Part shown: positions 26,671-32,000 of the stretch, piece after piece
Layout of the letters: each line of letters starts with the position of its first letter
Numbering within the stretch: position 1 is the stretch's first letter
Position numbers and translations under genes: made by a program
Assembly: GCF_000179635.2 (NCBI RefSeq)
Contig: NC_014833.1
Coordinates: 1 to 32,000 of the forward strand
From: Ruminococcus albus 7 = DSM 20455
GTDB taxonomy: Bacteria > Bacillota > Clostridia > Oscillospirales > Ruminococcaceae
Length of the DNA: 32,000 nucleotides
Direction: 5' to 3'
Notes under the pieces: generated by a model
What the model saw: the letters and a program-made list of their open reading frames with translations, nothing else
Told to the model about the DNA's origin: nothing
Database searches by the model: none

Positions 26671-27116
26671 ACAACGGATACCGAGAAACAAATTGCCCGC
26701 ACTAGCATTGTAAGTGACGAGACGGCATCCCGGGCTAGGGGAACTCTTTTTCCGTAATGGCTGACAACGGACACCGAGAAACAAATTGCCCGTACTTGCA
26801 TAGTAAGTGACGTAATGCGTACCCGCGCGAGGGAAACTCTTTTTCCGTAATGGCTGACAATGGACACCGAGAAACAAATTACCCGTACTTGCATTGTAAG
26901 TGACGAGGCGGCATCCCGGGCTAGGGGAACTCTTTTTCCGTAATGGCTGACAACGGATACCGAGAAACAAATTGCCCGTACTAGCATAGTGAGTGACGAA
27001 GCGGCATCCCGGGCTAGGGGAACTCTTTTTCCGTAATGGCTGACAACGGACACCGAGAAACAAATTACCCGTACTTGCATTGTAAGTGACGAGGCGGCAT
27101 CCCGGGCTAGGGGGAA
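26671..27116. repeat. 93-bp tandem repeat, ~4.8 copies, ending at the -35 of the CotH gene promoter
   Basis: Units start at 26671, 26764, 26857, 26950 and 27043 (exact 93-bp phase). Two sequence subtypes occur (actagcat vs acttgcat). CCCGGG appears in 4 of 5 units; unit 2 has a substituted segment that keeps a ccc/ggg stem. Confidence 0.95.
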
Positions 27117-27145
27117 TTGACTTTTTGGGGGAAATTTAGTATAAT
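27117..27145 (+). promoter_or_regulatory. sigma-A promoter for the CotH-family gene
   Basis: TTGACT (27117-27122), 17-nt spacer, TATAAT (27140-27145), 36 nt upstream of the ATG. Confidence 0.7.
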
Positions 27146-27181
27146 GAAATATCAGAATATTGCTGATAAGGTGGGGCGGTA

Positions 27182-29545
27182 ATGAAAAAAGAATATGATA
27201 AAAAATGTATTGCTGTCCTTTCAGCGGTGGGTTTGGCAGTGACAGGTATCGTTATCGCCTGCGTGATACTGCTTTCTCCGAAAAAGCTTGTTATAAGCGA
27301 GATATGTGCGGATAACGACGGTAAGTTCAAAGAGGCTTCGCACCGTGACAGCAAGGGTAAGCTGTGCGACTGGGTGGAGATATACAATCCCAACGATAAA
27401 GAAGTCAGCCTGAAGGATTATACAATCGTCCGTGAGGACGGAAAGGAGTGCGCTGTCAGCGGAGGGAGCGTTCCTGCACATGGGTATGCACTGATATACT
27501 GTACTAAAAACGGATTTGATGACAGCGATATACCCTGGGTGGATATAAAGATACCCAAAGGAGAGGAACATACAATTTCGATAAAGAGCGGCAGCAAGGT
27601 CATAGACAGCCTGACAGCCGAACCGACACCCGAGGGATTCACGGTATGTTCGGGCGAGGACGGCGCTTATATAACTGTGCCGACTCCCTGCAGTGAAAAT
27701 TCACGGGATAAAAAAGCTTCACAGGTTGTATTTTCGGAGGAGAGCGGGTTTTATCCAAAAGGATTCATGCTGGAAATGACAGCTGCAAATTCTGCAGGGA
27801 TATACTACACTACTGACGGAACAGACCCAAGAACTTCCGATACGGCGGAGATATATTCAAAGCCCTTGGAAGTAAAGGACAGGTCGGGGGAAAAGAATGT
27901 GCTTTCAGCTATAGACCCCATGAAGATACAGCTGCAATACCGCGTGGGAAAGGTGAAACTACCCAAGGACGAGGATGTTGATAAGGGCACTGTCATACGT
28001 GCCTGCGCAAGGAATACAGACGGCGGATGGGGAAAGGTAAGTACGGCTTCATACTTTGTAGGCTTTTCAACCGAAGATCACAGCAGTATGCCTGTGATAT
28101 CTATGGTGACAGATCCTGCAGCACTGTACGATCACGAAACGGGCATATACGTCCGCGGAAAGGTATATGAGGATTACTACCCTACTGAACCCGATCATTT
28201 GTATAACGGCTCTATCCCTGCAAACTATAATCAGAGGGGTAAGGAGTGGGAGCGTCCCTGCTGCCTGCAGTTCTTTGAGAGTGACGGAAGTCTTGTATTC
28301 ACTCAGGATGCAGGTATGCGTATTCAGGGAGGATGGTCCAGGGCTGATTATCAGAAATCATTCAGGTTCTTTGCGCGTTCGGACTACGGAAGCAAGAAGT
28401 TTGGATATAGTTTCTGGCAGGGGCTTGAAACCGCAGATGGCAGGGATGATGACAGCTTTTCAACATTTGTATTGAGAAACGGCGGTAATGATTCCAACTA
28501 CCTGAAATTCAAGGATATAATGATACAGGATATGGCAAGCTGTCTGCTGCCAGCAACACAGTCAGGCAGACCATGTGTGCTTTTCATCGACGGTGAATAC
28601 TGGGGTATGTATGTGCTTCAGGAGGACTATTCACAGGAATATTTTGCAAGGCATTACGGAGTAGATGAGGACAGTGTAGCCATATACAAGAACGATGAAC
28701 TTGATGAGGGTATGGATCCCGACGAGATCAGCTACAGCAATATGCAGAAATTCATATCGGAGAGCGATATGAGCATTGATGATAATTACAGACGTGCCTG
28801 TGAACTTATGGATATGGATTGCTTTATAGACTACTGTGCTGTGGAGATGTATATATTCAATGATGACTGGCCGCAGAACAATTACGGCTGCTGGCGTTCA
28901 ACGGACGGCAGTATATACGGTGACGGCAAATGGAGGTTCTTCCTGTTTGATACCGAATCATGTGCCTGCCATTATAATATGAAAAGCTTGGAAACGGATA
29001 TATTTGAGTATCTGGAGAAAAAACAAAAAAAGCCGCTGAACAGCATGATACTAAGTCTGCTGGAGAATGAGGAATTCCGTTCAAAGCTGACAACAAGGCT
29101 TATGGATATGGGAAATATACTGTATACCGCTGAGCGTACAAGTAGCTTTGAGAAAAGGTACGAAGCGGAATATCTGCCTGAGATGTATGCGTATTTTCTG
29201 CGTTTTCCTACCTACCGCACTGTGGAAAGGTCATCTATGGGCATGATATCAAGAATGAGTAAATTCTTTGACGGACGGCAGCAAAAGCTGATAAAGGATC
29301 TGAGCCATAGGTACACCCTTGGCAGGGCGAAAACAGTAAAAGTGACATCTGATAAGGATATCACCCTTAACGGGCTCAGTATACAAAGCGGCTTTGAGGG
29401 GCGGTATTTCAACAACTGTGAGCTTATACTGAAAGCAGACAGTGAAGTGACCTGGACAGTTAAGCAGAACGGAAATACCACCGAGGTCAATGACAGTAAA
29501 CTGGTGATAAAGATGACCGGCGATACTGAGATCAAGGCAGAGTAA
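27182..29545 (+). CDS. CotH kinase-family protein with N-terminal TM anchor, lamin-tail-like domain and a chitobiase/Fn3-like module
   Basis: 787 aa. TM helix IAVLSAVGLAVTGIVIACVILL, an LTD-like stretch ISEICADN...DWVEIYNPNDKEVSLKDY, GIYYTTDGTDP, and a CotH-like core (VLRNGGND...FIDGEYWGMYVLQE...DWPQNNYGCW...FLFDTE). Confidence 0.85.
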   Translation: MKKEYDKKCIAVLSAVGLAVTGIVIACVILLSPKKLVISEICADNDGKFKEASHRDSKGKLCDWVEIYNPNDKEVSLKDYTIVREDGKECAVSGGSVPAHGYALIYCTKNGFDDSDIPWVDIKIPKGEEHTISIKSGSKVIDSLTAEPTPEGFTVCSGEDGAYITVPTPCSENSRDKKASQVVFSEESGFYPKGFMLEMTAANSAGIYYTTDGTDPRTSDTAEIYSKPLEVKDRSGEKNVLSAIDPMKIQLQYRVGKVKLPKDEDVDKGTVIRACARNTDGGWGKVSTASYFVGFSTEDHSSMPVISMVTDPAALYDHETGIYVRGKVYEDYYPTEPDHLYNGSIPANYNQRGKEWERPCCLQFFESDGSLVFTQDAGMRIQGGWSRADYQKSFRFFARSDYGSKKFGYSFWQGLETADGRDDDSFSTFVLRNGGNDSNYLKFKDIMIQDMASCLLPATQSGRPCVLFIDGEYWGMYVLQEDYSQEYFARHYGVDEDSVAIYKNDELDEGMDPDEISYSNMQKFISESDMSIDDNYRRACELMDMDCFIDYCAVEMYIFNDDWPQNNYGCWRSTDGSIYGDGKWRFFLFDTESCACHYNMKSLETDIFEYLEKKQKKPLNSMILSLLENEEFRSKLTTRLMDMGNILYTAERTSSFEKRYEAEYLPEMYAYFLRFPTYRTVERSSMGMISRMSKFFDGRQQKLIKDLSHRYTLGRAKTVKVTSDKDITLNGLSIQSGFEGRYFNNCELILKADSEVTWTVKQNGNTTEVNDSKLVIKMTGDTEIKAE

Positions 29546-29562
29546 GGATATATAAGGGCATA

Positions 29563-29592
29563 AAAAATGGAGGACTTGATGTCCTCCATTTT
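29563..29592. terminator. bidirectional terminator between convergent genes
   Basis: aaaaatggaggac, loop ttgat, gtcctccatttt; A-run on the 5' side and T-run on the 3' side. Confidence 0.8.
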
Positions 29593-29607
29593 GCTGTATA
29601 TGGTATT

Positions 29608-30420
29608 TTACATCCTGTATCCGCAGTTTGAACAGAACAGTTCGTCATCGCCTACCAGTTCGCCGCACTTGGGGCAAAGCTTTACTGAGGGGCGCTTTGG
29701 AGTAACAGCATTCGGGTCTTCGTTGTAGGTAGCAGGCTTTGTTTCACCTGTAAGACCCTGAACGGGCTGAGTGTTCTCACCGAAGCCGAAAGCACTTTCC
29801 TGTTCACTGTTTTCTGGTACAGCAGTATATTCAGGGGTGCTGACGGTCTGTACCTTTTCCTTTTTATTTTTGATTCTGCGCGGGACCTCAACAACAAAGT
29901 CCTCTCCGCCTATACGGGCTAGTACAACGATACCTGCTATGAGTATCAGCAGACCTGCGATGATGGGGAAGCATATCTTTGCGAGAATAACTGAGCCGAT
30001 GAATTTATCGCTGTCGTAATTGCTATTGAAATAATCACCTATGAAATTATCTTTTTTTGATAAAATGTAGAGCAGCAGAGCGGGATGCAGGCTCAGAGTA
30101 ATACTCATGAATATACTCACCCAGCCGAACTCTCTGCCCATGCGCTTGTATTTAGCGGCAGAGAATGCCCAGAACATAATAACCAGCGAGAACAGTGCCA
30201 TAGGGATATATGCAATATTATTATAAAGAAAAGTATCAAGTTCAAATGACATATCAAATACTTGTTTTGAAAAGAACTGAGTGTACAGCAGACCACCAAT
30301 GTAGTTACCTGCGGGAGCACACATTGCCAGCAGTGCAGCGATACAGGTCATTACACATACTCCGCCGCCGCTGTAAGTCAATTTTTTCTTGCAGACATTT
30401 TTAGCCATTGTCAACATCAC
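29608..30420 (-). CDS. polytopic membrane protein with a C-terminal zinc ribbon
   Basis: About 5 TM helices followed by CPKCG...CSNCG at the C-terminus. The start is ambiguous (GTG 30420, ATG 30417, ATG 30408); all three overlap the end of the upstream YfhO-like gene, and ATGGCTAA overlaps its stop. Confidence 0.8.
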   Translation of the reverse strand: MMLTMAKNVCKKKLTYSGGGVCVMTCIAALLAMCAPAGNYIGGLLYTQFFSKQVFDMSFELDTFLYNNIAYIPMALFSLVIMFWAFSAAKYKRMGREFGWVSIFMSITLSLHPALLLYILSKKDNFIGDYFNSNYDSDKFIGSVILAKICFPIIAGLLILIAGIVVLARIGGEDFVVEVPRRIKNKKEKVQTVSTPEYTAVPENSEQESAFGFGENTQPVQGLTGETKPATYNEDPNAVTPKRPSVKLCPKCGELVGDDELFCSNCGYRM

Positions 30421-32000
30421 CTTTATCCTTATTTATTTTAGTATTATTATCATAACCTATTTGAGCTGTTTTGTCAACAGCATTTTCTGTCTTTGTGTCG
30501 GGAGAGGTATCGTTATCGGATATCTCTATCATCACGGGTTCGGGTACCTCGGCGCCGCTGTATTTTGGTTCTGGGAGGGGTACATCTGGTGCAGGGGTCT
30601 TTTCGGTATGAGAGAACAGCTTGCGAAGATACTTTCCGTGTCCGATATCAGCCAGGGCTACGATGATAAGCAGTATTACACCGAATATGGATATAATAAG
30701 TGACAGCCGCCAGTAATTGGGTGAGAACTTCATTTTAACGATATTCTCGCCTTTTTCAAGGGGTATGGCGATAAGGCTGTCATCAACTGCCTTTTCGGGT
30801 CTGACGGACTTTCCGTTGACCTCTATCGTCCAGCCGTTTTCGTATGGGATAGTTGTGAACAGCATCTGACCGTCCTTTTCGGCAGTGACTTTTCCTGCAA
30901 GCTCGGTATCCGCAAAATCGGTTACTTCAAATACGCTGTCCTGCATTTTTTCAACTGCCTTGGAGAAACCGTCGTAGTCAAAGCTGTAAAACAGCTTATC
31001 GCGCCAGTAAGCTTCATTATCTTCATTGGCGATAGTTATGCGCACACGTATCTCCTGGTCTTTCAGGAATCTGCCTATCTTCATTATGGAGTAGTTATCG
31101 CCTGTGAAGAACTGTCCGACGTATTCCATATTGTAAGCGTCATCAACGTAGTCATCCTCTGGCTGGTACCAGATATTGCAGCTTCTTTCATACTTTGTGG
31201 GAAGATACATATAAAGGTCACTGTCTTTATCCATGCGCACTACGTAATCGACATGACACTCCTTGATGCTGTCATCAGCGGGATAGTACTTTATATGATC
31301 GTCGGTAGTACTTATAGTGAGGACATTCTCAATATCGCTGTTGATTATGTCAACGGGTGTGAAGAAATCATAGTCCTCACCTGCCAGGGCATTGAACAGT
31401 ATGTTCTGATTTCTGAAGGGGTCATCATCGTTCAGGGCTACCTCTTTGATATCACCCTTTGCAGCAACACCAAGACCAAGGGTATTGGGATTTCTGTAGA
31501 ACTTGAAAGTTGTGGGTACGGTCTTTGTTTCGCCGTCAACTACCTTCTGATGATCAATGCTTATCTCGGTTTTCAGCTTATACTCGTCAGGCACTTTATA
31601 TTTGCTGCTTACGAACATATCATTTCCCGTTTTGTCCATAATATACCTGATATCGAATATTGCATCTGTCATTGGGGTAGCGCCGTCATATTTGGTATAA
31701 TGTCCGCCGTAGGCAAAGCCAAGCCTGTGCAGCATGAGAAGAGCCGGGGCATTCATGGTCGAGCTGGAATGTGAAAGGCTTTTATAGCCCGTACCTATCG
31801 CATCATTTACGGTACGGTGGAAAGTAGCCTCCATACGGTAGAATGGGTCGGGGTCGTACTTCTCTATCATATCCACAGCCTTTTTCAGGTCGGACATATA
31901 TGGCTCGTATGAGCTGTACTTTGAATAGGAAACATCAATATCTATTTTTTTGATAGTATCTATATTCACTGCAAAAAGCTCGGCAGTAAGCACCAGGGTA
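30401..32000 (-). CDS. YfhO-family membrane protein (putative glycosyltransferase); 5' end lies beyond the window
   Basis: The reading frame is open to the window edge. There is a large extracytoplasmic C-terminal region plus a final TM helix (LSLIISIFGVILLIIVALADIG), as in YfhO-like proteins. The family call is from memory of the general architecture and sequence character. Confidence 0.7.
   Translation of the reverse strand, partial: TLVLTAELFAVNIDTIKKIDIDVSYSKYSSYEPYMSDLKKAVDMIEKYDPDPFYRMEATFHRTVNDAIGTGYKSLSHSSSTMNAPALLMLHRLGFAYGGHYTKYDGATPMTDAIFDIRYIMDKTGNDMFVSSKYKVPDEYKLKTEISIDHQKVVDGETKTVPTTFKFYRNPNTLGLGVAAKGDIKEVALNDDDPFRNQNILFNALAGEDYDFFTPVDIINSDIENVLTISTTDDHIKYYPADDSIKECHVDYVVRMDKDSDLYMYLPTKYERSCNIWYQPEDDYVDDAYNMEYVGQFFTGDNYSIMKIGRFLKDQEIRVRITIANEDNEAYWRDKLFYSFDYDGFSKAVEKMQDSVFEVTDFADTELAGKVTAEKDGQMLFTTIPYENGWTIEVNGKSVRPEKAVDDSLIAIPLEKGENIVKMKFSPNYWRLSLIISIFGVILLIIVALADIGHGKYLRKLFSHTEKTPAPDVPLPEPKYSGAEVPEPVMIEISDNDTSPDTKTENAVDKTAQIGYDNNTKINKDKGDVDNG

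Noticed and set aside
26619-27080. Minus-strand ORFs of 153 and 133 aa with 31-aa repeating peptides across the 93-bp array
   Set aside because: Two frames are open at once only because the 93-bp unit is divisible by 3 and lacks stops on that strand. There is no RBS before the ATG. The ORF runs into the upstream gene's terminator, and its composition is not protein-like.
26729-27106. CCCGGG cores in the 93-bp units as Noc-binding sites (NBS)
   Set aside because: Only the 6-bp core matches the NBS consensus as I recall it (TATTTCCCGGGAAATA). The flanks (GGCAT / CTAGG) are neither AT-rich nor palindromic. I kept this only as a remote possibility under the array finding.

Overview
This is the replication-origin region of a low-GC Firmicutes (Clostridia) chromosome. 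It is probably Ruminococcus albus or a close relative: the cellobiose 2-epimerase-like protein matches my memory of that species' enzyme and the neighbouring genes are fibrolytic, but I cannot verify this here. The + strand carries the conserved dnaA-dnaN-yaaA-recF-remB-gyrB-gyrA block. Two lineage-specific insertions interrupt it: two tandem paralogous small zinc-ribbon genes between recF and remB, and two membrane-protein genes between gyrB and gyrA. Downstream, in order: a ~330-bp non-coding palindromic element; a zinc-ribbon/PQ-rich membrane protein; a frameshifted AraC-family gene; a ~123-bp tandem repeat array; and a divergent noc-like | parA-parB partition locus with four perfect 16-bp parS palindromes (a fifth lies 8 kb away). 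Then come secA and aroE, followed by a more accessory carbohydrate/envelope block: cellobiose 2-epimerase-like protein, DUF1648-like membrane protein, PHP phosphoesterase, GH5 lipoprotein, DUF1015 protein, a 93-bp x ~4.8 tandem array, a CotH-family protein, a zinc-ribbon membrane protein, and a 5'-truncated YfhO-like gene. I saw no rRNA, tRNA, CRISPR, transposase, integrase or recognisable defence genes. I do not see a convincing novel multi-gene system. The unusual content is mostly non-coding: the oriC architecture with a perfect DnaA-trio array, two tandem repeat arrays, the paired palindromic element after gyrA, and the parS cluster. The uncharacterised small zinc-ribbon paralogues inside the replication gene block are the other item of note. 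Several ORF-track starts are over-extended; I corrected them using RBS and terminator positions.
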